The notes under the pieces are model-generated. The model was not told where the DNA came from, ran no database searches, and saw nothing but the letters and a program-made list of their open reading frames with translations. From an uncultured Gemmatimonadales bacterium (GTDB taxonomy: Bacteria > Gemmatimonadota > Gemmatimonadetes > Gemmatimonadales > GWC2-71-9): DNA of 64,000 nucleotides. The position numbers and the translations under genes were made by a program. The stretch lies in contig CAWGED010000019.1 in the NCBI GenBank assembly GCA_963821525.1, forward strand, positions 800,001-864,000, written 5' to 3'. Below, piece after piece: positions 30,432-41,327 of the stretch (positions are counted from its first letter, which is position 1; each line of letters starts with the position of its first letter).

Positions 30432-30844
30432 TCAGCGCGCTCCCAGCGCCCGCGCCGCGCGCGCGTAGTCCTTCTGCTTGACCCACAGGATCATGCCGTA
30501 GCGCTTCCCTGCCGTCACGGCGTCCGCCGCGACGACGTTGATCCGCTTGGCGCCGAGCTTATCGAGCTGGCGCGACACGGCCCCACCCGGTCGTCGCCCT
30601 GAATGACGAATCCCTTCTTGACCTTGCTCAATCGCCATCCATTGCGCCGGGCGACACGGCGCAGCCCTGCCAGATCATCGGTAACCAGGTCTATCTGAGC
30701 CTTTCCTCCGCGCCCGGGGAAGGCGGAGAACGCCTGCAGGTTGACGTTGGCGCGCCGCAGCGCTGCCAGTACGCCGCCGCCCTGTCCGGCGCGATTAGGA
30801 ACCATCACATAGGCGTAGCTGACTTTCTTCACGCGATCCGCCAT
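30432..30844 (-). CDS. Tandem ACT-domain-like protein, frameshift near 30585
   Basis: VPNRAGQG..VLAALRRANVNLQAF and GDDRVG...KLGAKRINV repeats. Confidence 0.7.
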
Positions 30845-30859
30845 ACGACCTCCTCGGGT

Positions 30860-33827
30860 TCAGGGTCTCGGTTCCTTCGTGAGCCGCTGCAGTCCGGCGC
30901 GCGCCTCGGCAACATAGGGCTGCAGCTCCGGATCGGCATGGCGCCAAGTGTCCACGACGCGCTGGAAGAGCGTGATCCCCAGCTCGCGCTCGCCCAAACG
31001 CTCGGCGAGCTGTGCCCGCTCGAGCGCGGCGAGGACGAAGAACGGACTCGGCGCTGTCCAGCGCCACCGGTCGAGCAGATCGGCCGCGGCTTGGTCATTG
31101 CCCGTAGCAGCGAGCAACCCGGCCTGGGTGAGCTTCTGGTGGAAGCAGGAGATGGTCACCAGACAGAGTGTATCGGGCAGGCTCTCGAGAGCCCGCAGTG
31201 CACTCGTGGAGTCTCCCTTGAGCAGCAACAGGTAGGCTTCTCCCGCGCGGGCTTTGTACTTGGCCCTGAGTCTTGAGCCTAGACCACGGGACTCTCGCGA
31301 GCATTCCCGACGCCTGAGCAATGAACTTCCGCAGTCCAAGTGTGTCGCCACGGGCAAGCAACAGCGGCAACGCGGTCAACGGCCAGGTGCGGAACCATGC
31401 AGCTGCGGTAGCCGCCTTTGTTGTGTCCAGCAGCGTGATATCGAGAAACGGATCCGAAAACAAGGCATATGGCATCGTGTCGGGACGCGCGATCCGCGGC
31501 GCGTAGACCGCGTATGACTCCCGCACATGCCCACGGAACAGGAGCATCGTCGCGAGGTAGTTGGGCCACATCAGCGAATCAGTCACCCACGGCTCAGAGT
31601 CGCCGCGGTGGCCGCCGGCGGCCAGACGGCGAAGCACCTGAACTGCCAACTCGGCCGAATCCGACGAGGCCCCCAGCGTCTCGAGTCCCGCTCGGAAGAG
31701 CGGGGTGAGTTGAGCTGTGTCTACCAGTTCGGCCACGCTGATCTTTCCCGATCGCTCGGCCTCAAGCAGCGCGGCCGTGAGCAGCAACGAGGGTGCGTTC
31801 CCGTCCGTGGAACCAAGGAGAGGATAGGGTCGGGTGTAGCGCCGGGCCAAGTCGGGACCGCCGATCTCCATCGCAAGTTGTATCGTGTGTTCGTAGGCCG
31901 GGGAGAATCCGGAATCCAGGGCGATCGCCCGGTCAAAGGCGTCGAGGACCTCAGCCGGTGTGATCAGCGGTTGGCCAAAGTGATATCGCGCCTCGCCGAC
32001 ACTCTGCCATACCTCGGGGTCCCCCGGATATCTGCGCGCCGCCGTGTCGAGCGCCGCGAAGAGTCGGCGGTGCATGGTGAAGAACGTCGTGTCCTCGTCA
32101 TTCAGCGCCAATTCAAGCGAGTCGGCAAGTAGGAGCAGGCTGTCCCGCGGGCTGAGACCCTGGTTCAGGGCTGCCGCCTTCAGACCGTACGCGCCTGCCA
32201 ACTCGAAGCGCTTCCTGGTAGAAGGTGTCCAGCCAAGGACCAGGAACATGCGCCGGTAGGCCAAGGCAAACCCGCTGTCCAGCTCGGTGGCGCGGCTGTA
32301 GTGCACCAGGGCCGAGTCCCACAGGCCATGGCGATACAGCTGCTCGCCTTGCAGATACTCCTTCAAGGCGGGAAGAGAAACCCCGCCGAAGGGAGTTTTC
32401 CGAACGGCAGCGACCGCGCGATCACTCCCAAGCTGCCGCAGCACTGCGAGCGCGAGCGAGTCGGCACAGCGGTCAATTCCTGCCGTGTCTCCCCGGATCT
32501 CGACCTCGACAGGCGGTGTGCCCGCTGACAGGTTCAGCAGCGCCGCTCTGAGGCGCACCGAGTCGCGCCCGCCCATGAGGACCGATCCGAAGACCACCAG
32601 CCCAGCTCCCGTCGCCCGCCCCAGGGCCTCGGCGGAGGCTCGGTCGGATCGGCCACTCCAGTTCCGCACGAACCTGGTAGGCGGCACGGTTTGGAGGGCC
32701 CCGGCTCCATCCAGACTGCGTGAGAGGTAGTCCACCAGCCCTTCCCGCCATGATTCGAGCGGCTCGCCTCGGACATCGAAAGGCGCGACAGCTAGAAGAT
32801 TCGGATCAAGGTCCTTTGGCGGCCGGTGAACCAGGCGCCAGACCGAGGCCCCAATGGCGACTAGGGCAAGGGTGACCACGATCGGCCGCCATCGCTTCCT
32901 CGGTTCAGCGGGTGGACGGAGGGGTGGGTGCGGCGCTGCCGCCTGCGCCGCCGGACTCAGTGCGGCCGCAAATGCGCCGACCGTTGGGAACCGATCGGCC
33001 GGTTGTTTAGCGAGCGCTCGGCGGATTGCCGCCTCGATCCCGCCCGACACTGTGGCCCGCACCGCCCGCAGCGGCGGCACCGGATCCAGCGCATGGCGGG
33101 CCCGCACCTCTTGAGGGTTCCTGCCCAGAAACGGCGGATGGCCCGCCAGCAGCTCATACAGCACACACCCCAGGCTGTACTGATCCGTCCGTCCATCCAA
33201 CTCGGCGTCCCCCGCTGCCTGCTCCGGGCTCATGTAGTCCGGAGTTCCGACCGCGAGACCCGTTTCCGTAAAGTCTGGTCCCGCCCGCTTGCTCCACCGC
33301 CCGCGCGATGCCGAAATCGGCCACGACCGCATGGCTGCCCGAGAGCAGGATGTTTTCCGGCTTGATGTCGCGATGAATCAGTCCATGCTGGTGGGCATAC
33401 TCCAGCGCGTCGGCTACCTCCCGCGTGATGCGGACCGCGTCTTCGAGCGAGAGCTGACGCTCCCGGTCCAGCCGATCTCGCAGCGACTCACCCTCCACGA
33501 ACGGCATGACGTAGAACAGAAACTCAGCGGCAGGGCGGCCGGCGGCTCGGCGGCTAGGCTCACCGAGCCGGAATCGTAGAGTGGCAGGATGTGGGGATGC
33601 TGTAGATTCGCTGTCAGCTGGATCTCGCGGAGGAACCGCTCACTGCCGAGTGCCGCGGCCAGCTCGGGTCGCAGCACCTTGATCGCGACCGGCCGAGCGT
33701 GCTTGAGATCCTGGGCAAGGTAGACCGTCGCCATCCCACCGCGACCGAGCTCGCGCTCAATCGTGTAGCGGCCGACGAAGGCAGACTGGAGTCTTTCGAG
33801 GACCTCCGGCAAGTCTCCTGATTTCAA
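30860..33827 (-). CDS. Hanks-type Ser/Thr protein kinase with TM and TPR-like C-terminal region, several apparent frameshifts
   Basis: [48 protein letters not shown]. Confidence 0.9.
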
Positions 33828-33860
33828 CGGGAATGCTGGAAAGCTACAGCCCTGCCAGCC

Positions 33861-35419
33861 TCAGCGCCGAATGACCACCCCCGGCCGCGCCCCGGTTGCC
33901 GCGCCGTTCTCGAACACAGGGATGCCATTCACCCACACCGCCACAATCCCGGTCGAGAGTTCGTGCGGCTTCTCCGTCGTCGCATTATCAATCACTGTGC
34001 TCGGGTCAAACAACACCATGTCGGCTGCGAGCCCCTGCGCGATACGACCACGATCGGTGAACCCCATGTGTTCGGCCGCGAGAGCAGTCGCCTTGTGAAC
34101 CGCTTCGGCCAGCGACAGGACGTTTCTCTCCCTCACGTACCGGCCGAGGATTCTAGGATAGGTGCCGAAGCCGCGCGGGTGCCCGCCGTCGAGCTCGCCG
34201 TCGGTGCAGAAATTAGTGTGCGGCCAGCGCATCAGCCGCTCGATGTCAGGCTCGGTCATGCTGGTGCCGATGACACTCTCGTTGACACTGCCGTGCTCCT
34301 TCTCCAACTGGTGAATTCGCCGCACCAGCTCGATCAGCGCCGTCACCGAATCGACGCCGAGCTCCTTCGCCGCATAGGCTACGGTTCGTCCTTGGAAGGC
34401 CGGCGTGGGTTCGTAGTGGTCGAGCAGCAATCCTTCCGGCGTTGACACCTGGGTCACCGCGAATTCGGCAGCCTTGCGATCCTCGTAGTCCCGGTCGGGG
34501 AACAGCACGGTCAGGGTGGAGTGCCAGTATGGGTAGGGATAGATGTCGGCACTGATTTTACCCCGGATGCGCGCGCCGCGTCCATGACGCCCACCAGGCT
34601 GTCCGCCTTTCCCCACAGGTCTCGCATCGCGAGCTTGATGTGCGACACCTGCACCGGCATGCCGGTTTCCCGCCCAATCGTGATCAATTCATCCAGAGCC
34701 TTCCAGAAGTATCGGTCCTCGCTCCGCATATGGCTGATGTACCGGCCTTTGTACCCCGCGGCCACTCGCGCCAGGGCGAGCACTTCTGAAGGAGCCGAGT
34801 AGATCCCGGGGTCGTATTCGAGACCGGTGGAGAGGCCGAGCGCTCCGGCGACCATTTCCTGCCGTAGGATGTAAGCCATCCGCCCCACTTCCTCGGCGGT
34901 CGCCTCGCGCTGGAAATTCGCGCCCATGACGATCTGCCGGATGGTATTGTGGCCGGCGTAGGACGCGACATTCACCGCGACCGGATTCTTCTCCAATCCA
35001 GTGAAGAAGTCGCGCAGCGGATAGACCTCGCCGCCGTCCTGCCCCACGACAACAGTGGTGATTCCCTGACTTACCGAGCCCAGCGCATCGGGATGCTCAC
35101 GCTCCCCTTTGTCGATCTCGCTGAATCCCTCGTCGGCGTGGCTGTGGGTGTCGATAAAACCGGGAGCGACGGCCAAGCCGTGGGCTTCGACGACTGGCTC
35201 TCCACTGTTCGGCTTGAGGTCACCCACCTCTTGGATCTTGCCGTCTCGAACCCGGACGCTTCCCCGGACTGGCTCCGAACCTGTTCCATCGTAGATCAGG
35301 GCATCTCGGATCAGGAATGCGGCTGGTGATTTGGGCGCGGCCTGGGCCGCAAGGCACAGCGGAAGGAGGCCAGCCACCATGATTCCGTGGCCGGCGGAGC
35401 GGAGCAGTTGTGATTTCAT
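33861..35419 (-). CDS. N-acyl-D-amino-acid deacylase-like amidohydrolase, frameshift near 34555
   Basis: PGFIDTHSH, GLSTGLEY, SHMR, SHIK, HPRGFGTYPR, ADMVLFDP. Confidence 0.9.
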
Positions 35420-35499
35420 GCCTCAACGATACCGAGAAATTTGACGGGTGCGAAGGGCCGGGTACCTTCTTCGCACCCCCAATCGAACTGGAGAGGTTG

Positions 35500-36762
35500 A
35501 TGCGGCACCTTCACCGAGTCATGACGCTGTTTGCCGCGCTTTCGATCATACCCGCGCTGGCGTCGGCCCAGACCATCTTCGTCCATGCCGCCCGCATGCT
35601 GAATGTGCGGACCGGACAGATCGAGAGCCCCGCCACCGTGGTCATCTCGGGTGACCGCATCCAGGCCGTTCGCGCGGAGGCGCCGGCCGACGCCAAGGTG
35701 ATCGAGCTGGGAGACGTGACGCTTCTCCCCGGTCTCACCGACATGCACGTCCATCTGACCGGCGATCTCGAAGGAGATTGGGTTCATCGTGACGTCACCG
35801 AGACTGCGGTGGACGCGGCACTCCGCGGTGTCGTGAACGCCCGAAAGACGTTGCTCGCCGGTTTCACTACGGTCCGGAACGTCGGCGCCCCGGGTGGTTC
35901 GGACGTGAGCCTGATGCACGCCATCGACGAGGGATGGGTCATCGGCCCGCGCATCGTACCCGCTCGAAGCGCCATCGGGATTACCGGTGGTCACTGCGAT
36001 GTGACCGGCTACGCGCCAGGGATCGCGCAGCTGGGGCCGGAGGACGGGGTCGCGGACGGGATAGACCAGGCGCTCAAGGCCGTGCGCTACCAGATCAAGT
36101 ACGGCGCCAAGGTCATCAAGATCTGCGCGACGGCCGGCGTGCTTTCCTTCGAGGGGCCGGTCGGGGCACAGCAACTTTCAGAAGACGAGATGAGGGCCAT
36201 CGTGCAGGAGGCGGCCCGTCACGGTCTGAAGGTGGCCGCGCATGCCCACGGGACGGAGGGGATCCTGGCCGCGGTGCGAGCCGGGGTGGCCTCCATCGAA
36301 CACGGCTCCATGCTCAATGACGAGGCCATCGCCCTGATGAAGCAGCGCGGGACCTACCTCGTTCCCACCGCCTACCTGCTTACGGCGGTCGATCCTGCCA
36401 AGATGCCGCCTGCGATCAAGGCGAAAATGGAGCAGATCATTCCCCTGGCGCAGGAGAGCCACCGCAAGGCGATTCGCGCCGGCGTGAAAATCGCCTTCGG
36501 CACCGACGCCGCGGTCTATCCTCATGGTGACAACGCCAAGGAGTTCGCGGTCCTGGTGGGCTACGGCATGAAGCCAATCGACGCGATCCGGACCGCCACA
36601 CTCAACGCGGCCGATCTTCTTGGCGTCACCGACCGCGGCGAGATCGCCGCGGGGAAGCTGGCGGATCTGATCGCGGTACCTGGCAACCCGCTCAACGATG
36701 TGCACGTGCTGGAGCAGGTCCGCTTCGTGATGAAGGGTGGAGTCGTGGTGAAGCAGGAGTGA
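35500..36762 (+). CDS. Secreted metal-dependent amidohydrolase (prolidase/Xaa-Pro dipeptidase-like)
   Basis: Signal peptide, PGLTDMHVH, GFTTVR, AAHAHG, SIEHG, FGTDA; RBS GGAGAGG. Confidence 0.9.
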   Translation: MRHLHRVMTLFAALSIIPALASAQTIFVHAARMLNVRTGQIESPATVVISGDRIQAVRAEAPADAKVIELGDVTLLPGLTDMHVHLTGDLEGDWVHRDVTETAVDAALRGVVNARKTLLAGFTTVRNVGAPGGSDVSLMHAIDEGWVIGPRIVPARSAIGITGGHCDVTGYAPGIAQLGPEDGVADGIDQALKAVRYQIKYGAKVIKICATAGVLSFEGPVGAQQLSEDEMRAIVQEAARHGLKVAAHAHGTEGILAAVRAGVASIEHGSMLNDEAIALMKQRGTYLVPTAYLLTAVDPAKMPPAIKAKMEQIIPLAQESHRKAIRAGVKIAFGTDAAVYPHGDNAKEFAVLVGYGMKPIDAIRTATLNAADLLGVTDRGEIAAGKLADLIAVPGNPLNDVHVLEQVRFVMKGGVVVKQE

Positions 36763-36808
36763 ATCAGGGAGCAGTTCTCGGTACTCGGTACTCGGTATCT
36801 ACACACGA

Positions 36809-38290
36809 CTAAAGGATATATCTCCTCAAATCATCGTCATCGATGATCTTGGCCAGCTTCTGCCGCACCCGCTCGGCGTCGAACACGATGTGCTTCTCGG
36901 GATAGTTGGGCAGCTCGAACAGCACTTCATCCATCACTGTCGACATCACGGTGTGGAGCCGCCGGGCGCCGATGTTCTCCATCCGGTCGTTGGCCATGAA
37001 CGCGAGCCGCGCGATCTCCCGCACGCCGTCGTCCGTCAATTCGAGTGTCGCCCCTTCGGCGGCCACCAGCGCCTGGTATTGCCGAGTGAGCGCGTTCTCC
37101 GGCTCGGTCATGATCCGGACGAAATCTTCCTCGGTAAGCGGCTGGAGCTCCACCCGGATCGGGAATCTTCCTTGTAACTCGGGAATGAGATCCGACGGCT
37201 TGGAGACATGGAACGCCCCAGCCGCGATGAACAGGATGTGGTCGGTTCGCACGTATCCGTAGCGGGTCTGAATCGTCGAGCCCTCGACGATGGGGAGCAG
37301 ATCCCGCTGCACACCTTCGCGGGAGACGTCGGGCCCGGTCTGGGCCCGTTCACCTGCGATCTTGTCGATCTCGTCGATGAACAGGACACCGTGGTTCTCG
37401 ACCCGGTCGAGCGCCTCATTCACCACGTCGTCCATGTCAACCAGCTTCTTGAGCTCTTCGTCCGCCAGGATCCTGCGCGCCTCGGGAAGCCGCACGGTAC
37501 GCCGCTTCTTCCGCTTGGGCAGCATCTCCTGGAGCATCTCCATGAAGTTGATGTCCTGGCCTTCCATGCCCTGCGGCGGCTGCATCATCTCGAGCATGGG
37601 AAAGGCCTGCGGCGTCACATCTACCTCGACCTCACGGTCGTCGAGCTGCCCTTCCTTGAGCATCCGGCGCAGCTTCTCCCGAGAGCGCTGGTGCCGCTCC
37701 TCCTCCGGACTGGAGGGCTTCTCCTGTCGGGCCTGGCCGGCCGGGCCAACAACGAAGATGCCGGCGGATTCGGACCCTGCCGCTCCAGCCTTTCCCCCAG
37801 ATTCCACCTTGGCTGGCGGCGGCGGGAGGAGAATATCCAGCAGCCGTTCGTCTGCCCGCTGCTCGGCGATGGGGAAGACATCATCCTCCCGCTCGGTCCG
37901 CACCATGCTGATCGCGGCATCCACCAGATCGCGGATCATGGATTCCGCGTCCCGTCCCACGTAACCCACCTCGGTGAACTTCGAGGCTTCGACCTTGATG
38001 AACGGCGCGCCTGCGAGCCGAGCCAGCCGGCGCGCGATCTCGGTCTTCCCCACCCCGGTAGGGCCGATGAGGATGATGTTGTAGGGGGTGATCTCGTCCC
38101 GGATGGACTCCGGGGTCTGGGACCGGCGCCAGCGATTCCTGATGGCGATCGCGACTGCGCGCTTAGCGGCTTGCTGCCCCACAATGTAGCGATCCAACTC
38201 CGCCACAATCTGCGCCGGGGGCAACTCCTCGAGCCAGGGTGGCTGGGGAGGCGGTTCCTCGGCCTGGGGGATGGGGAGTACGTCGGTCAT
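36809..38290 (-). CDS. hslU: ATP-dependent protease ATPase subunit HslU
   Basis: GPTGVGKTEIARRLA, KFTEVGYVG, GVQRDLLP, ENIGARRL, C-terminal RYIL. Confidence 0.98.
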   Translation of the reverse strand: MTDVLPIPQAEEPPPQPPWLEELPPAQIVAELDRYIVGQQAAKRAVAIAIRNRWRRSQTPESIRDEITPYNIILIGPTGVGKTEIARRLARLAGAPFIKVEASKFTEVGYVGRDAESMIRDLVDAAISMVRTEREDDVFPIAEQRADERLLDILLPPPPAKVESGGKAGAAGSESAGIFVVGPAGQARQEKPSSPEEERHQRSREKLRRMLKEGQLDDREVEVDVTPQAFPMLEMMQPPQGMEGQDINFMEMLQEMLPKRKKRRTVRLPEARRILADEELKKLVDMDDVVNEALDRVENHGVLFIDEIDKIAGERAQTGPDVSREGVQRDLLPIVEGSTIQTRYGYVRTDHILFIAAGAFHVSKPSDLIPELQGRFPIRVELQPLTEEDFVRIMTEPENALTRQYQALVAAEGATLELTDDGVREIARLAFMANDRMENIGARRLHTVMSTVMDEVLFELPNYPEKHIVFDAERVRQKLAKIIDDDDLRRYIL

Positions 38291-38377
38291 GAGAGGTTCG
38301 ACAACTGGCTATTAGCCCTAGGTTAGCATTGCTGCTGGCATGGGAAATCTAAAGCTAACAGCTAATAGCTAGCGCTC

Positions 38378-38908
38378 CTACAATTCCAGAATCGTCAGGT
38401 TGCGATTGGTAAAAACACAAATATCGGCCGCGATCTCCAGCGACCGCTGCACCACGTCACGCGCTGAAAGCGTCGGATCGGGAGCCAGCGCTCGTGCTGC
38501 CGCCAAGGCATAGTTGCCCCCCGAGCCGATCGCCAGAATACCGTCATCAGGCTCGATCAATTCTCCCGCGCCACTCAGCAGAAAGGTGTGTTCCAGGTCC
38601 GCCACGATCAGGAGTGCCTCCAGCCTCCGCAGCACCCGATCGCCTCTCCAGTCCTTCGCGAGCTCGACCGAGGCGCGAGGCAAGTTGCCGGGGTAGCGAT
38701 CGAGCTTCTCCTCGAATTTCTCATACAGCGTGATCGCATCGGCCACCGATCCCGCGAATCCTGCCAGGACTTTCCCTCCCTTGAGGGCCCTGATCTTGTT
38801 GGCCTGCGCTTTGACGATGGTATCCCCGATGGACACCTGACCGTCTCCGCCCATGGCGACTTTGCCGCCCTTGCGGAGGGCGAGGATGGTGGTGGCGTGG
38901 TGCGTCAT
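38378..38908 (-). CDS. hslV: ATP-dependent protease peptidase subunit HslV
   Basis: HATTIL, GDGQV, AGFAG, AIGSGG.YA. Confidence 0.97.
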   Translation of the reverse strand: MTHHATTILALRKGGKVAMGGDGQVSIGDTIVKAQANKIRALKGGKVLAGFAGSVADAITLYEKFEEKLDRYPGNLPRASVELAKDWRGDRVLRRLEALLIVADLEHTFLLSGAGELIEPDDGILAIGSGGNYALAAARALAPDPTLSARDVVQRSLEIAADICVFTNRNLTILEL

Positions 38909-39080
38909 GAGTCTTGGGTCGTGGGTCATGAGTCTTGGGTCATAGAGTCGCGAATCTCTACTCCGTGTTCGGTTTACGGCTGTTCAGAGATCGGGATTGC
39001 GGCTCCTGACCGGTCTTTTGACCCACGACTCATGACCCACGACCCAAGACTCACGACCGTGACACTCTGACACCTGACAC
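38904..39080. repeat. Inverted heptamer arrays (GTCATGA/GTCTTGG/GTCGTGG, then their reverse complements) spanning the xerC-hslV spacer
   Basis: Read directly; long near-perfect inverted arms, the left arm overlapping the hslV ATG. Confidence 0.85.
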
Positions 39081-40022
39081 CTACGCTCTAGGATGCGCCT
39101 GCTGATACACCTGCTTCAGCCGCTCGACGCTGGTGTGGGTGTAGATCTGAGTCGTGCTCAGGCTCGAGTGACCCAGCAGCTCCTGCACCGCCCGAAGATC
39201 GGCCCCCGCATCCAGCAGATGCGTGGCGAAGGTGTGGCGCAGGGAGTGCACCCGCAAGCCATCGCCGCCGACGGTTTCAAACGCCCGATGGATCAGGCGC
39301 TGTACGCTGCGCGGAGTGAGCCGCCGTCCACCACGACCCACGAAAACCGCCTGCCGGTCGGCACCGGGGAGCCGCACCGGAGCCTGTCGCGCCTCAAGGT
39401 ACCTCCGGAGCGCACGACTCGCCCGATTCCCTACCGGGACGATGCGTTCCTTCCTCCCCTTGCCGCGCAGCTTCACCTGATCGCTCAACAGGTCAAGGTC
39501 ATCGAGATTGAGCCCGGTGAGCTCCGACAGGCGAGGCCCACTGGAGTAGAACAGCTCCAGCATGGCGAGGTCCCGCAAAGCGGCGAATTGATCATCGCTG
39601 GCTCGCGCCTCCATCGCCTCGAACAGCGTCTCGGTCCGTGAGCGGTCGAGATAGGTCGGGAGCTTCCGGCCCAGCTTCGGGGCCTTCGCCGCACGGAGCA
39701 GCGGGCTCTCGATACCATGCTCGCGCTGCAGGTACCGGTAGAAGGCGCGAACCGCAGATAGCGCTCTCGCGATGGACCGCTTGGCCAGGCCACGCCGCTG
39801 CAATTCTCCGAGGAAGCCACGCGCTCCCAACCGATCCACCTTCTCCCACCGGAATCGCGAGCCATACTCCTTCAGGCAGTATTGCTCGAAGGCCTCGAGA
39901 TCGCGCCCGTAGGCCCGTACCGTATTGGGCGACTGCTGGCGCTGCTTCTCGAGGTATTCGAGAAAGCTCCGAATCTGTTTGCGGCTCGGCGGCTCGGCGG
40001 CTCGGCGGCTCGGCAGGCTCAT
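39081..40022 (-). CDS. xerC: Tyrosine recombinase XerC
   Basis: RDLAMLELFYSSG.RLSE, GKGRKER, HSLRHTFATHLL, LGHSSLSTTQIYTH; topA-trmFO-xerC-hslVU synteny. Confidence 0.93.
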   Translation of the reverse strand: MSLPSRRAAEPPSRKQIRSFLEYLEKQRQQSPNTVRAYGRDLEAFEQYCLKEYGSRFRWEKVDRLGARGFLGELQRRGLAKRSIARALSAVRAFYRYLQREHGIESPLLRAAKAPKLGRKLPTYLDRSRTETLFEAMEARASDDQFAALRDLAMLELFYSSGPRLSELTGLNLDDLDLLSDQVKLRGKGRKERIVPVGNRASRALRRYLEARQAPVRLPGADRQAVFVGRGGRRLTPRSVQRLIHRAFETVGGDGLRVHSLRHTFATHLLDAGADLRAVQELLGHSSLSTTQIYTHTSVERLKQVYQQAHPRA

Positions 40023-41327
40023 AGTTGAGATGACCACGTCTGGAAGTCTCGCCGTGCGCGTTCGACCAGGGCCTGCTTCCTCGCCTCTTTCCCATCCCGC
40101 CCCCCCTTCACCTTCTCGATGGGGTCGAGCAAGCCGAAATTCGCATTCATCGGCTGGAAGTGACGAGGATCTGCCTCTCGAAGGTAACGATAGAGGCCGC
40201 CCAGCATGGTGGTGACCGGCGGTACTGCGGATGGGAGACCGCGCAGGCGCCGCGCGAGATTGATCCCGGCGAGAAGACCGGTACCCAGTGATTCGGTGTA
40301 CCCCTCGACACCGGTGAACTGGCCCGCGAAGAAGAGCAGGTCATCATCCTTCGCGGTAAGCGCAGGACCCAGGGAGGCGGGACTGTTCACGTAGGCGTTC
40401 CGGTGAATGCTTCCGTAACGCAGGAACTCACCCTGCTCCAGTCCGGGAATCATCCGGAAGACCCGCTGCTGTTCCGGGATCCTCAGCCGAGTCTGGAATC
40501 CGACCAGATTCCACATCTGCCCTGCCCGGTCTTCGCGGCGCAACTGCACCACCGCGTACGGCTCCCGGCCATTCCGGGGATCGCGCAAGCCGACCGGCTT
40601 CATGGGCCCGAAGCGCAGTGTCTCCGGACCGCGCCGAGCCATCTCCTCGATGGGGAGGCAGCCCTCGAAATAGGGGACCTTGTCAAAGTCGTGGCCGCTG
40701 AACTGGTCCGCCGAGACCAGTTCCGAGAGGAACGACTGCGTAGGCGTCCCGGTCGAGCGGCGCGTTGAGGTAGTCGTCTCCCTCACCCTTCCCGTATCGG
40801 GATAGCGCGTAGAGGCGCTCGTGGTCGAGGGATTCGGCCGAGACGATCGGAGCGATGGCGTCGTAGAATGCCAACGCGGTGCCGCCGAGTCGCTGGCTGA
40901 TGCACTCCGCCAGCCGATCAGAGGTGAGGGGACCGGTCGCCACGATGCCGGGAGAGGGAAGGTCCGCGATTTCCCCACGGCGCACCGTCACCCGCGGATG
41001 CGCGGTCACCCGATGGTGCACTTCCTGAGAGAATTGGTCGCGATCTACCGCGAGCGCCGCCCCGGCCGGCACCCGGGCCAGGTCGGCGCACTGCAGTAGC
41101 AGGCTGCCCAAGTCGCGCAACTCGGCCTTGAGCAGACCGTGCGCGTTGGTGAGCTCGACCGATTTGAAGGAGTTGCTGCAGACCAGCTCGGCGAGACGAT
41201 CAGTCTGATGGGCCGCGGTCCGGACTACGGGCCGCATCTCGCACAACGTGACGTCGATGCCTCGTTCGGCCAGGGCCCACGCTGCTTCGCAGCCGGCGAG
41301 GCCTCCACCGACTACGGTCGCGTTCAC
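40019..41327 (-). CDS. trmFO: tRNA (uracil-54) methyltransferase TrmFO, frameshift near 40735
   Basis: [48 protein letters not shown]. Confidence 0.95.

Noticed and set aside
35446..35478. Inverted repeat GGGTGCGAAG...CTTCGCACCC as a terminator
   Set aside because: It lies between divergent starts with no U-tract. It could be an operator, but there is no further support.
39081..40022. Tyrosine recombinase as a phage or island integrase
   Set aside because: It sits in the housekeeping topA-trmFO-xerC-hslVU order with no att sites or cargo.
6244..41327. Programmed frameshifting or true pseudogenes
   Set aside because: Too many unrelated and essential genes are affected with motifs intact; sequencing indels are the simpler explanation.
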